22,444 nucleotides of DNA from Myxococcota bacterium (GCA_036337435.1 JAYZEG010000077.1:1-22444); one strand, 5' to 3'; positions 9,577-18,610 are shown, numbered from the stretch's first letter. Numbers and translations are program-made. Notes: generated by a model from the letters alone, not told the origin.

Positions 9577-9585
9577 GGAGCGTCC

Positions 9586-10173
9586 GTGCGTCCTCGTCTC
9601 CATTCCACCGACGATATATTGGTTGTCGCCAAAAAGTGTATCCTCCTCCATGGACCACATGTGCCGACGGCATTGATCGCTCACCAGGCAGGGGTGTCTC
9701 AAGCCACGTTGTTTAAGCGATTTGGGACGAAGGATAATTTAATTAAGCATGCTCTCAAAAACGATATGGTTTTTGGATGGGTTGAACAGCTCGAGGCAGG
9801 CCCAAACACCGGAGAGAGCATTAGAGCTCAACTCACCGGCCTAGCGGACACTCTGATCACCTTCTATCTTGAACATCTTCATTCAGTCCTCGCATGGCGA
9901 GCCGCGAATCAATGGCCAAAAGCCATGGATAAACCGCAGGACGTGGCAAACTTGCCCATACCAACACGAGCGCGAAAGGCATTGGCTTCATGGCTTCTCG
10001 AGGCACAGAAGCAAGGCCGACTGGGGAGATTTGATGCAGAATCCATGGCAATTTTCTATATTGCCGGCTGCCAAGCTCCCGCTTTTCGGGCCTATATGAG
10101 CGGAGAGACGATTGATCTCGATCAATACAGCGACACCTTCGTCCGTAGTTTTTGGTTAGGCGTCGCGCCATGA
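9586..10173 (+). CDS. TetR/AcrR family transcriptional regulator
   Basis: HTH segment IAHQAGVSQATLFKRFGTKDNL. Start reassigned to GTG at 9586 (GGAG RBS, typical MRPR N-terminus). First gene of the RND operon. Confidence 0.92.
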   Translation: MRPRLHSTDDILVVAKKCILLHGPHVPTALIAHQAGVSQATLFKRFGTKDNLIKHALKNDMVFGWVEQLEAGPNTGESIRAQLTGLADTLITFYLEHLHSVLAWRAANQWPKAMDKPQDVANLPIPTRARKALASWLLEAQKQGRLGRFDAESMAIFYIAGCQAPAFRAYMSGETIDLDQYSDTFVRSFWLGVAP

Positions 10174-11588
10174 GACGTCGGATATACATCTGCCTAATCG
10201 GGGCGTTTTTCATCGGCTGTACAAGCCTTCATGAACGCGTCAAACCCGCTGAGCTTAACGGCCCGGCCACCCCTCAGTTAAGGTGGACTCACAGCACTGG
10301 TTCTCAACAGACGACCGGGTCTTGGTGGGCAACCTTCAACGATCCCAAGTTAACGCAGCTCGTCGCAACCATGCACGACCAAAACCTCGATCTAAAGCAA
10401 GCCGTCCAGAGGATTAAGCAAGCAAGAGCTGTTCTGGCAGGTGCTGCCGCAGCCGCTTGGCCCACCGTGGAGGCAAACGCATCAGCCCAGCAAGGCCGTG
10501 CAAACACACCATTTGGTATCGTTGTCGATTCAGAGCAATATGGTGCCTCGGTCGGCGCAGCTTACGAAATCGACGCGTGGAACAAACTTGGCGCACGACG
10601 AAAAGCATCGGACTATAATCAAAAAGCAACCATCCTCGAACAGCAAGCTTTGGCCATGAGTCTGACCGCACAACTGGTTGACCTCTATTTCGCATACGCC
10701 GAACAGCTAGAAATAAAGCGCCTCCTTTCACAACAATTGCACACAAACCAGGTGATGTTGACTCTCCTCAAGCAGCGTTTCGGATATGGGCTGGCCCAAG
10801 CCACGGATGTACTGCAACAAGAACAAAACACGAAAGCCCTACAAGCATTGATCGCACCACTCGATGCTCAACGGGACAGCGTCCGCAACCAAATCGCCAC
10901 GATGTTGGGAACAGTGGCTATCGATTTCTCGCTCGATGAGCCCGACCACATCAAACTGCCCGTCCTAAGTGGGGCACCCCAACTCGGTGTCCCCGCCGAT
11001 CTATTGACCCAGCGCCCTGATTTACGCGCGATTCAGCTCCGTATTAAAGCGAGCGATGAAAATGTCGCTGCAGCCATTGCGGACCGATTGCCTGCATTTC
11101 GAATTCGAGCCAGCGCGGGTTATGGGGCACGAAGCTTCTCAGACCTTTTGGACCAGTGGCTTTGGAGTATCACCGGCTCGGTGGTCGCCCCATTGTTTGA
11201 TGGGGGTCGCCGGGCAGCAGAGGTCGACCGAATGAAAGCCATCGTCGAAGAAACCTTACTGGAGTTCAAAAAACGCTACTTGGTCGCCATCGCGGACGTA
11301 GAGACGGCGCTCGCGAGCGAACAAGGGCAGCGAGCGAGACTCAGTGCCCTCCGAGCGGAACTGAAAACGGCCCGCGTTTTGCTTCGAGAGACAAAAGCCA
11401 GATACCTGGACGGACTGCTCGATTATTTGCCAGTTCTGAATGCGTTACAAGCCACCCATCGTGCGGAGAGAAATGTTGTCGCTGCTCGGCGACAACTGCT
11501 CATTCAACGGGTGGCTCTGCACCGGGCAATCGGCGGCCACTGGGTATCAAAAGTTCGCCTGGCCGAACAAACGGGAGATAAAGAATGA
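10170..11588 (+). CDS. RND efflux outer-membrane factor lipoprotein (NodT/OprM/TolC family)
   Basis: ATGA overlap with tetR; lipobox FIG|C; motifs WWATFNDPKL, NLDLK, YEIDAW, PADLLTQRPDL, PLFDGGR, LHRAIGGHW. Confidence 0.93.
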   Translation: MRRRIYICLIGAFFIGCTSLHERVKPAELNGPATPQLRWTHSTGSQQTTGSWWATFNDPKLTQLVATMHDQNLDLKQAVQRIKQARAVLAGAAAAAWPTVEANASAQQGRANTPFGIVVDSEQYGASVGAAYEIDAWNKLGARRKASDYNQKATILEQQALAMSLTAQLVDLYFAYAEQLEIKRLLSQQLHTNQVMLTLLKQRFGYGLAQATDVLQQEQNTKALQALIAPLDAQRDSVRNQIATMLGTVAIDFSLDEPDHIKLPVLSGAPQLGVPADLLTQRPDLRAIQLRIKASDENVAAAIADRLPAFRIRASAGYGARSFSDLLDQWLWSITGSVVAPLFDGGRRAAEVDRMKAIVEETLLEFKKRYLVAIADVETALASEQGQRARLSALRAELKTARVLLRETKARYLDGLLDYLPVLNALQATHRAERNVVAARRQLLIQRVALHRAIGGHWVSKVRLAEQTGDKE

Positions 11589-12784
11589 AGCTCAGATTGT
11601 GGGCCAAGATCATCTTGCCACTGGTGATCATCGGGGTTGGCTTTGTCGGCTTTCAGAAGATGTCATCTATGCGCAAATTTGCGAAGCGGAAGGTGGTCGA
11701 AAAACCAGCCGTAGCCGTTCATTTAGAATCCATCCAGGCGAATGGTAATCAGCTGACGCTGCATGCCCTCGGGCAACTCAAACCGTCGCGGGAATTGAGT
11801 ATCCAAAGTGAAGTTTCTGGAAAGGTCGTCTTCTTGGATCAAAACGTCGTTCCAGGTGGGCAGCTCGCCGAAGGACAACTCCTTCTCAAGATTGACAAAA
11901 GAGATTACGCCCTTGCTGTGTCTCAAAGACGCGCTCAACTCGCGTCAGCTCGACTACAACTCAAGCAAGAGCAAGGTCGTAAGCATATCGCCGAGCGTGA
12001 ATGGGCACTTATGGGAGGGGGCGTTAAAGCGAGTAAGGATGGTAAATCCCTGGCCTTAAGGCAGCCGCAAATTAAAAATGCAAAGGCAGCGGTTCGCGGT
12101 GCCCAAAGCGCGGTTTCGGCGGCTAGCCTCGCACTGAAAAGAACCCAAATTTCGGCTCCGTTCAACGCGGTTGTTCGCAGCGAGCAAGTCGAGGTCGGTC
12201 AACGCGTTGCCCCAGGCCAAAACATCATTCGTCTGGTGGGAACAGAGACCTGGTGGGTCGAGGTCTCACTGCCCATTAGCCAACTCAAATATTTGAAGAT
12301 TCCCGGGTCGAAAGCCGTGGTCTTCCAAGATGATGCCCATGGAGCCGGGCGTCCAGGACGTGTCCTCCGGCAGTTGCCCGACGTCGAGAGAGCGAGCCAG
12401 CTCGCGCGAGTCATCGTTGAAGTAAAGAGCCCTTTGGATGAATCCAAGGGGGCCAGATTACTTCTCGGTTCGGCAGTCAAAGTTCAGCTCATGGGAACAA
12501 TAGACAAGGCCACGGTCCGAGTCCCCTTTTCTTTGCTCAAGAATGGAAATTCACTGTGGACAGTCGACGAATCAGGCCGTCTAAACGTCCGGACAGTCAA
12601 TGTGATTTGGAGGGATATGAACTACGTACTTGTCACCGGCGTTGCCGCAGGCACCAAAGTCGTCAAAAACCATATTCCGAATGCAACCGATGGGATGCGC
12701 GTACGAGTCATTGAGGACTCGTTGAATGAAATAGCACCGGAGGTGGCCACGCCAGAGCGCAGTCCAGCTAAGGTCTCCAACTGA
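11585..12784 (+). CDS. RND efflux periplasmic adaptor (membrane fusion protein)
   Basis: N-terminal TM; lipoyl half-motifs EVSGKV...GQLLLKID and ISAPFNAVV...VEVGQRV; coiled hairpin; ATGA coupling to the OMF. Confidence 0.93.
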   Translation: MKLRLWAKIILPLVIIGVGFVGFQKMSSMRKFAKRKVVEKPAVAVHLESIQANGNQLTLHALGQLKPSRELSIQSEVSGKVVFLDQNVVPGGQLAEGQLLLKIDKRDYALAVSQRRAQLASARLQLKQEQGRKHIAEREWALMGGGVKASKDGKSLALRQPQIKNAKAAVRGAQSAVSAASLALKRTQISAPFNAVVRSEQVEVGQRVAPGQNIIRLVGTETWWVEVSLPISQLKYLKIPGSKAVVFQDDAHGAGRPGRVLRQLPDVERASQLARVIVEVKSPLDESKGARLLLGSAVKVQLMGTIDKATVRVPFSLLKNGNSLWTVDESGRLNVRTVNVIWRDMNYVLVTGVAAGTKVVKNHIPNATDGMRVRVIEDSLNEIAPEVATPERSPAKVSN

Positions 12785-15700
12785 TGGCGCGAAAACGAAA
12801 CGGTGCAATTGCATGGATGGCCCATAATCCGGTCGCGGCAAACCTACTGATGTTTGCACTTTTGGGCATCGGTCTTATTTCGTCGCTCAACACCAAACAA
12901 GAAGTTTTTCCGACCTATACGCCAGCGCAAGTCAGAGTGACTTTTGCGTATCCCGGTGCAAGCCCCGAAGAGGTTGAACAGGGCATTTTGCTGGCTGTTG
13001 AAGAGGCTACACGAGGCTTGGATGGCGTCAAACGAGTAGAAAGTACTGCATCGGAGGGTCTTGGTTCGATCAGCGTTATCGTGATGGACGATGCGGACTT
13101 AGACAGGGCACTCAGCGATGTCAAAGTCGCCATCGACCGCCTTCGGAGCCTTCCTGAGGACGCGGAGCGTCCGGTCGTGAACCTCATTCAACCAAAACAG
13201 AGAACGGTTTCGGTGATTGTTCATGGCAACGCGGACCGCGCCACGTTGCGAACTGAAGCAGAGCGGATTCGGACCGGTCTAATCCGCGATACTGAGGTCA
13301 CACAAGCTGAGCTCAATGGCGCACCAGCACTGGAGATCGCCATTGAGATTAAACCGGAGCGGCTTCGGCAATATGGACTCCAAATTGACGAACTCGCCCG
13401 TCGGATTCGCCAGGCCAGCGTCGAGCTGCCCAGTGGTCGGATTCGGTCAGAGGGTGGAGAAATTCTCCTCCGAACCACCGAGAGGCGAACACTTGGTACT
13501 GATTTCGGACAAATTGTCATTTTGAGTAACGCCGATGGAACTCAAGTCAAGTTATCCGACTTGGCCGAAATCAAAGATGGGTTTGCCGAAATCGATCAGG
13601 AGACGACATTCAATGGCCTGCCGTCCATCGGAGTCGATGTCTATCGAGTGGGAAGACAGACACCGACAGGGATATCAAAACAAACAAAACGGTTTTTAAA
13701 GACCATCAAACTACCTCCCGGGATTTCCGCAAAGTTGGTTAACGATCGCTCAGAAATGTTTCAAGATCGCATTGACCTGTTGCTTCGAAATGCCTTTTCG
13801 GGACTCATTCTTGTCTTTGTCAGCCTGTCTCTATTTCTCGAATTGAGACTGGCCTTTTGGGTCATGCTAGGGATACCTATTTCCTTTCTCGGTGCATTCG
13901 TATTGCTTCCTGGGTTCGACGCATCCATCAACATGGTCTCGATGTTCGCGTTCATCTTGGTATTGGGCATCGTTGTGGATGACGCAATCGTCGTCGGCGA
14001 GAGTATATTCCAAAAGCGACAGGAAGGCCTGCGCGGTATAGATGCAGCTATCGAGGGGGCGAAGGAAGTCGGGACACCAGTGGTTTTTGCTGTCCTGACA
14101 ACCATTGTGGCTTTTGGCCCCCTCTTGCTGGTCCCAGGTTTTACGGGCGCCGTATTTGGGGTCATCCCCATTGTGGTTTGCGCAGTCCTGGTGCTGTCGC
14201 TTGTGGAATCACTTTTGATCCTGCCTGCTCACCTCGCGCACAGCCAGCCGCGGGACACCGGTGTAATCGCAGCCATCGCCCGGTGGCCTTCGAAGGTCTC
14301 CAGGGGTCTTGAACGCTTTATAAAAGGCGTTTATGTGCCCATCGCGCGGCTCTGCGCACGACATCGTTATACGACGGTAGCGTTTGCCCTGGCGACCGTC
14401 TTATTGACTGCCGGCTATGTGCGAGGTGTCATGCGATTTACGTTCTTGCCAAAAATAGAGAGCGACTTTGTCGTCGCATCCGCACGGCTTCCTGTCGACG
14501 GAACCTTCGAACGAACGAAAGCCATTCGCGACCGCCTCGTTGCAGGGGCCAAAGCCGCTATAGCGAAACATGGCGGAATGGATTTTGTTCGCAGTCTGAA
14601 TGCTGGCGCAGGCCAGTCTATCCGTGGTTTTGGTCCACGGGTGCGTTCAAGTCAGGGTGCCCAGATCGCGGAAGTTGCGGTCCAGTTGGTTCAAATTAAG
14701 GACCGCGAGTTCACGGCGCAAGAATTTGCAGCGAGTTGGCGAGAAGCCGTCGGAGAACTCATCGGTGTTGAAAACACAAGTTTTACCTACAGCATCGGTC
14801 GCGGCAGTGGTCGACCGATAGCGGTACGACTCTCGCATCCAGAAACTGAGACCCTCGAACGGGCAGCGATGGACCTTGTAGCCGATATTGGGGACTTCCC
14901 GGGTGCTGAGGATGTCGACCAGGGATTTTCCAATGGCAAAGCCCAATTGGATGCACGCCTCACTCCGCTTGGTCGTGCGGTAGGGCTTACTGAAACCGCA
15001 TTGGCAAGGCAATTGCGTTCGTTTTTCTACGGTGCAGAAGTCCTTAGACAGCAACGTGGCCGTGACGAAGTCAAAGTCATGGTCCGTTTGCCAAGAGCTT
15101 ATCGAGACCGAGTGTCAACGCTCGATAACCTCATGTTGCGTACACCCGATGGCAGCGAGATCCCACTCCGACAGGCAGCAACTCTCGCTGCAGGACGGGC
15201 ATACAGCCAAATCGGCCGAGTCGATGGCCAGCGTGTGATCACAGTCTCTGCCGAGATCGACGAAGCAAAGACAACATCGGACAGGATAAATGGGACACTC
15301 AGGCGTGAGGTGTTGACCAAGTTAAAAGCTGAGTACCCCGGTCTGACTTATTCCTTCGAAGGAGAAAGCCGCGAGCGAAGAGAGAGTTTCTCCAGCATGG
15401 CAAAGAATTCAGCATTGGCGTTACTCCTGATCTTCGGCTTGCTCGCCATACCGTTCAAGAGTTACGTTCAACCACTTTTGGTGATGTCTGCCATCCCATT
15501 TGGCTTTGTCGGTGCCGTCTGGGGTCATGTCGCCATGGGCTATGATCTCAGCGTGATTAGTATGATGGGATTCATCGCGCTGAGTGGTGTCGTCGTAAAC
15601 GACTCTTTGATTATGATCGTAGCGACCAACCGATTCCGCGATGCAGGTGCATCACCAGTTGATGCAGTCGTGCAAGGTGGAGCTCGGCGCTTCAGGCCGA

Positions 15701-15966
15701 TTCTGCTGACATCGCTGACAACATTTTTTGTTTTGTTGCCCATGATTTTTGAAACGTCCGTGCAGGCAAAGTTTCTTATACCGATGGCATTGAGCTTAGG
15801 ATTTGGCGTCCTCTGGGCGACGGTGATTATTCTGATCTTTGTTCCAGCTTTCTACGTCATCTTAGAGGACCTGAAAGTCTTGTTGTTTAAGACGGACGCA
15901 GGCGAACCCGTAAATGAAGAGTCCGCTGAAAGTACAACCGAAGAGGCTGATTACTCAGCTGTTTAA
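12784..15966 (+). CDS. RND efflux permease (AcrB/AcrD/AcrF family)
   Basis: 1060 aa; NPVAANLLM, YPGASPEEVE, TM4 GIVVDDAIVVGE, RFRPILLTSLTT; TGATG coupling to the MFP. Confidence 0.96.
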   Translation: MARKRNGAIAWMAHNPVAANLLMFALLGIGLISSLNTKQEVFPTYTPAQVRVTFAYPGASPEEVEQGILLAVEEATRGLDGVKRVESTASEGLGSISVIVMDDADLDRALSDVKVAIDRLRSLPEDAERPVVNLIQPKQRTVSVIVHGNADRATLRTEAERIRTGLIRDTEVTQAELNGAPALEIAIEIKPERLRQYGLQIDELARRIRQASVELPSGRIRSEGGEILLRTTERRTLGTDFGQIVILSNADGTQVKLSDLAEIKDGFAEIDQETTFNGLPSIGVDVYRVGRQTPTGISKQTKRFLKTIKLPPGISAKLVNDRSEMFQDRIDLLLRNAFSGLILVFVSLSLFLELRLAFWVMLGIPISFLGAFVLLPGFDASINMVSMFAFILVLGIVVDDAIVVGESIFQKRQEGLRGIDAAIEGAKEVGTPVVFAVLTTIVAFGPLLLVPGFTGAVFGVIPIVVCAVLVLSLVESLLILPAHLAHSQPRDTGVIAAIARWPSKVSRGLERFIKGVYVPIARLCARHRYTTVAFALATVLLTAGYVRGVMRFTFLPKIESDFVVASARLPVDGTFERTKAIRDRLVAGAKAAIAKHGGMDFVRSLNAGAGQSIRGFGPRVRSSQGAQIAEVAVQLVQIKDREFTAQEFAASWREAVGELIGVENTSFTYSIGRGSGRPIAVRLSHPETETLERAAMDLVADIGDFPGAEDVDQGFSNGKAQLDARLTPLGRAVGLTETALARQLRSFFYGAEVLRQQRGRDEVKVMVRLPRAYRDRVSTLDNLMLRTPDGSEIPLRQAATLAAGRAYSQIGRVDGQRVITVSAEIDEAKTTSDRINGTLRREVLTKLKAEYPGLTYSFEGESRERRESFSSMAKNSALALLLIFGLLAIPFKSYVQPLLVMSAIPFGFVGAVWGHVAMGYDLSVISMMGFIALSGVVVNDSLIMIVATNRFRDAGASPVDAVVQGGARRFRPILLTSLTTFFVLLPMIFETSVQAKFLIPMALSLGFGVLWATVIILIFVPAFYVILEDLKVLLFKTDAGEPVNEESAESTTEEADYSAV

Positions 15967-17492
15967 TTGGCCTTTTCGACATCCGATGCCAGCGGGGCTG
16001 GCGGATTGGTCTTCTGATAACCTGTTTCCCTCGGCAGCTGAAGTTTCTGCGCAAGTGCATCGAAGTTTTGGTGGTCGCGAATCCGCGGCGCAATGCGCAT
16101 ACCATCCATCAAGACGGCCCGTGCTACCTCAAGACCGCGATGCTGTTCGATCAGTTCGAGCCAGCGCAAAAACGGGCTGACCGGGGCTGTGGAATGGGCG
16201 AGTAAGCGCTTGAGCAGGTTCGGTAACAAACCATGGTCTCCATGACTGATTGCCAAAGAGCAAACATTGCCGAGCAAATCCCCCAACTGTTGACCATCTT
16301 GTACCGGACAGCAGGCTAAGGCAGATTTTAGTTGCTCGTATGCTTCACCAAACCGTTGCACACTATAATAAGTCAAGCCCAGTTGGTTATGCATAACCCA
16401 TTTGTCAGACGACAAGCTGTGGGCACCCTCAGAGAGCGCGCAAACGGAGTCTAGGAGTTCTTCAAACAAGACGGCAGCCTTGGTGTAATCCGAGCTCAGA
16501 AATGCCGCTTGGGCAGCTTGATACTTGTCCGAGTCACTCAATTCCTCAGGGTCTTTAACGAACCACTCTTCAAAGAGACTCATAATGCTGGAAACTGTCT
16601 CACGAGTGACGTGGCGCGCATCAGCTTTCCAAGGATTCGGACTGAGGCAACGGACCACTTCGTAGGCCGGGAAGTAAACAACGTCATCACCATGTGTATT
16701 GACGAATTCGTCGACCATAGCCCGAAGCATGGACTTCCCGCCTGTATCGGCGATTACGCTATTTACAGGTCTGAAGGTTGCTCGAAGCGGAACAGGCGAA
16801 ACTGTGATCAGAATGGACGCGTCGGGATTATTTTCTTTCAAGAGCTCATAGCAGCGATTCAAATTGTCCAAATTCTCTTGATAGGTGGACATTCTAAAGG
16901 CGTGTATCTCGGGATCGAAGATCTCTGTTGGTGGCACCATCGGAAAAACCGATCCATCCCGCTTGTCGTACCAAATCTCGGGTTGACCGACGGTTATAAT
17001 CACCACCTTAGCTTCAGTGAAAGCTGAGCGAACGGATAAGCGATGTTCCTCAAGCTCCCGCTCCATTTCTTCCTCTGAATCCCACGCGAGGCAATATCGG
17101 TAAGGACTTAAAAGGTGGGATTGACCGCCTTCCTCGACCGTCCAACATTTGGTCGCAGGCTCAAATCGACCAAATGCGCGCTCAAATTCCTGACGAATGC
17201 TGTAGGTATTGAAGACGCGATCGTAACGTGCAGAACCGGATTCAGTGCACGGACCCGTCGCAGTCTGAAGATACGAATATCCATTTTCGATTAACCAGAG
17301 CTTTATCTCACGAGCAAAACAGCTTCCAATAGACGCAATGGGCGTCTCCTGCGTGACCCGAAGTGATTGGCCCGCATGGTTCAGTAGAAAATCTCGATTC
17401 AATTCGGCGAGGCCCGGATACAGACGCCAAGACTGAAGACCAAGAATTTTGACCTCGGTAAGACCTTTACGATTTGGATTATAGCTGTACAC
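15963..17492 (-). CDS. GSCFA-domain protein with C-terminal TPR-like helical region
   Basis: IGSCFA motif, TVSPVPL, YFPAYE, DARHV. C-terminal TPR-like helices (AQAAFLSSDYTKAAVLFEELL; NQLGLTYYSVQRFGEAYEQLKSAL). GAGGGA RBS before GTG. Its stop overlaps the convergent RND permease stop by 4 bp. Confidence 0.88.
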   Translation of the reverse strand: MYSYNPNRKGLTEVKILGLQSWRLYPGLAELNRDFLLNHAGQSLRVTQETPIASIGSCFAREIKLWLIENGYSYLQTATGPCTESGSARYDRVFNTYSIRQEFERAFGRFEPATKCWTVEEGGQSHLLSPYRYCLAWDSEEEMERELEEHRLSVRSAFTEAKVVIITVGQPEIWYDKRDGSVFPMVPPTEIFDPEIHAFRMSTYQENLDNLNRCYELLKENNPDASILITVSPVPLRATFRPVNSVIADTGGKSMLRAMVDEFVNTHGDDVVYFPAYEVVRCLSPNPWKADARHVTRETVSSIMSLFEEWFVKDPEELSDSDKYQAAQAAFLSSDYTKAAVLFEELLDSVCALSEGAHSLSSDKWVMHNQLGLTYYSVQRFGEAYEQLKSALACCPVQDGQQLGDLLGNVCSLAISHGDHGLLPNLLKRLLAHSTAPVSPFLRWLELIEQHRGLEVARAVLMDGMRIAPRIRDHQNFDALAQKLQLPRETGYQKTNPPAPLASDVEKAN

Positions 17493-17710
17493 GTGTGTCC
17501 CTCACTGTCACTCGAAAGAGCGGTTCATCCTTGAACAAGCAGGTGTTTTCGAGAACGCAGCCATGCGCTCATCCCTACCTTCACTACATCGTCAGATGTC
17601 ACCTCATCTTGAGCGCAAAGTGTTATCAGGCCAATTTTTTTTGTTTTTTTCTTGAGGGCCACCAGCGATGCCGAGGAACGCGTCGCGCTTCGTGGGCTGA
17701 TGGAAAGCGC

Positions 17711-17734
17711 GCGCCCCGCCAGACAACGGGGCGC
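17711..17734 (-). terminator. GC-rich hairpin downstream of the HhH lipoprotein gene (possible terminator or 3' stabiliser)
   Basis: Perfect 8-bp stem GCGCCCCG/CGGGGCGC with an 8-nt loop, 17 nt after the stop codon. The U-tract is weak (GCGCUUUCC). Confidence 0.4.
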
Positions 17735-17751
17735 ATCGATCGAGGACGAAC

Positions 17752-18405
17752 TTAGTTCTGCTGAACGATGTCTTGGCTCTTCGTGATCTGCTTTTTCAGA
17801 GTCGACAGTGCTCGGCGACCGACATAGCGGACCCGTGCTAACTCTTCGATAGAGCCGATCGGACGAGCAGCGATGATATTTGATACAGCGCGTCGGTTGA
17901 GCAGGGCATCCAGTGCCTCGTAGCTCAGGAGATTTGCCATGCGGAGAACATCGTCTGCTTCGTTCACTGTGAACTCAACCCCGTCGTAGATCCCCAGTAA
18001 ATCGTCTGCAAATGGAACGAAACCTAAATCACCAGCGAAAACGAGAATGCGGTTGATGGTCTTTGATCCAACCCACTTCACAGCATCCACTTCATCAACG
18101 CTGCCAAAAAGGTCATCGTCCCACGTTCCGTAAATGCCATCGGGTCCATTCCGATGGTGAATCAAACCTGCGGCGGACCGCTTGTCGAGTCGAGCGTCGA
18201 TGTCGAGCACCTCGAAGGTTGTCTCCTCATGATTGAGGAAGTTGAGTAGGCCAACAGCATCGGCTGACCCTTCGGTAAGAGTGTGGCTGACGGCACCTGT
18301 TGCTTCGTCATCAAAAACGACTGTGATTCCTTCTTCTTGGATATCACCACAAGCAACAAGACCAGTAGCTAGAACACATGCAAGTACACACAATACAGAT
18401 CGCAT
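17752..18405 (-). CDS. Lipoprotein with two ComEA-like helix-hairpin-helix domains
   Basis: GGAGG RBS before ATG 18405; lipobox LVA|C. Repeat 1: LN...FEVLD...LDKRSAAGLIHHR...FGSVDEVDAVKWVG. Repeat 2: AN...YEALD...LNRRAVSNIIAARPIGSIEELARVRYVG. Confidence 0.8.
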   Translation of the reverse strand: MRSVLCVLACVLATGLVACGDIQEEGITVVFDDEATGAVSHTLTEGSADAVGLLNFLNHEETTFEVLDIDARLDKRSAAGLIHHRNGPDGIYGTWDDDLFGSVDEVDAVKWVGSKTINRILVFAGDLGFVPFADDLLGIYDGVEFTVNEADDVLRMANLLSYEALDALLNRRAVSNIIAARPIGSIEELARVRYVGRRALSTLKKQITKSQDIVQQN

Positions 18406-18452
18406 GAGGACCTCCATAGTATTACCCATCAAAAGCGGGTGTTAGTAAATTG

Positions 18453-18567
18453 CAGTGCGGGGCGTACGTCACCGACGAGGAACGTCGGCGCATTTTACGT
18501 GCCTTCGAGTGAAGGTCACGGGACGAAATGCCGCTGACCCCCCGGGCCAGCACATTTTGCGCAACTG
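18453..18567 (-). ncRNA. Candidate structured 5' leader (cis-regulatory RNA) of the HhH lipoprotein gene; family not recognised
   Basis: Three adjacent hairpins enclosed by a closing stem. G-U pairs extend two of the stems only on the minus strand. It sits between a putative promoter and the RBS. Confidence 0.45.
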
Positions 18568-18581
18568 TTGTTATTGGCGAA

Positions 18582-18610
18582 CGTATACTTAAGCCGGATA
18601 AGGTGATCAA
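18582..18610 (-). promoter_or_regulatory. Putative sigma70-type promoter
   Basis: Minus strand TTGATC-N17-TATACG with A-tracts upstream (UP-element-like). The predicted start site near 18575 falls just before the structured leader. Confidence 0.45.

Noticed and set aside
9433..9585. 51-aa N-terminal extension of TetR given in the ORF track
   Set aside because: The region contains the operator palindrome. A GGAG RBS with GTG 9586 gives a canonical TetR N-terminus.
15580..15620. RND TM10 reads GVVVNDS rather than the AcrB Lys940-containing motif
   Set aside because: This variant is common in this RND subfamily and the TM4 Asp-Asp pair is intact, so it is not evidence of inactivation.
17474..17755. 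93-aa plus-strand ORF spanning the GSCFA-HhH spacer
   Set aside because: It runs through T-tracts and hairpins, has no RBS or motif, and overlaps both neighbours.
18453..18567. tRNA or known riboswitch identity for the cloverleaf-like structure
   Set aside because: No TPsiC or D-loop consensus and no CCA end. I could not find the conserved cores of SAM, TPP, cobalamin, c-di-GMP, glycine or NiCo classes by eye.
18422..18610. 62-aa minus-strand ORF as a possible leader peptide
   Set aside because: Its TTG start coincides with the predicted -35 box, so it would lie upstream of the transcript start. The RNA structure explains the region better.
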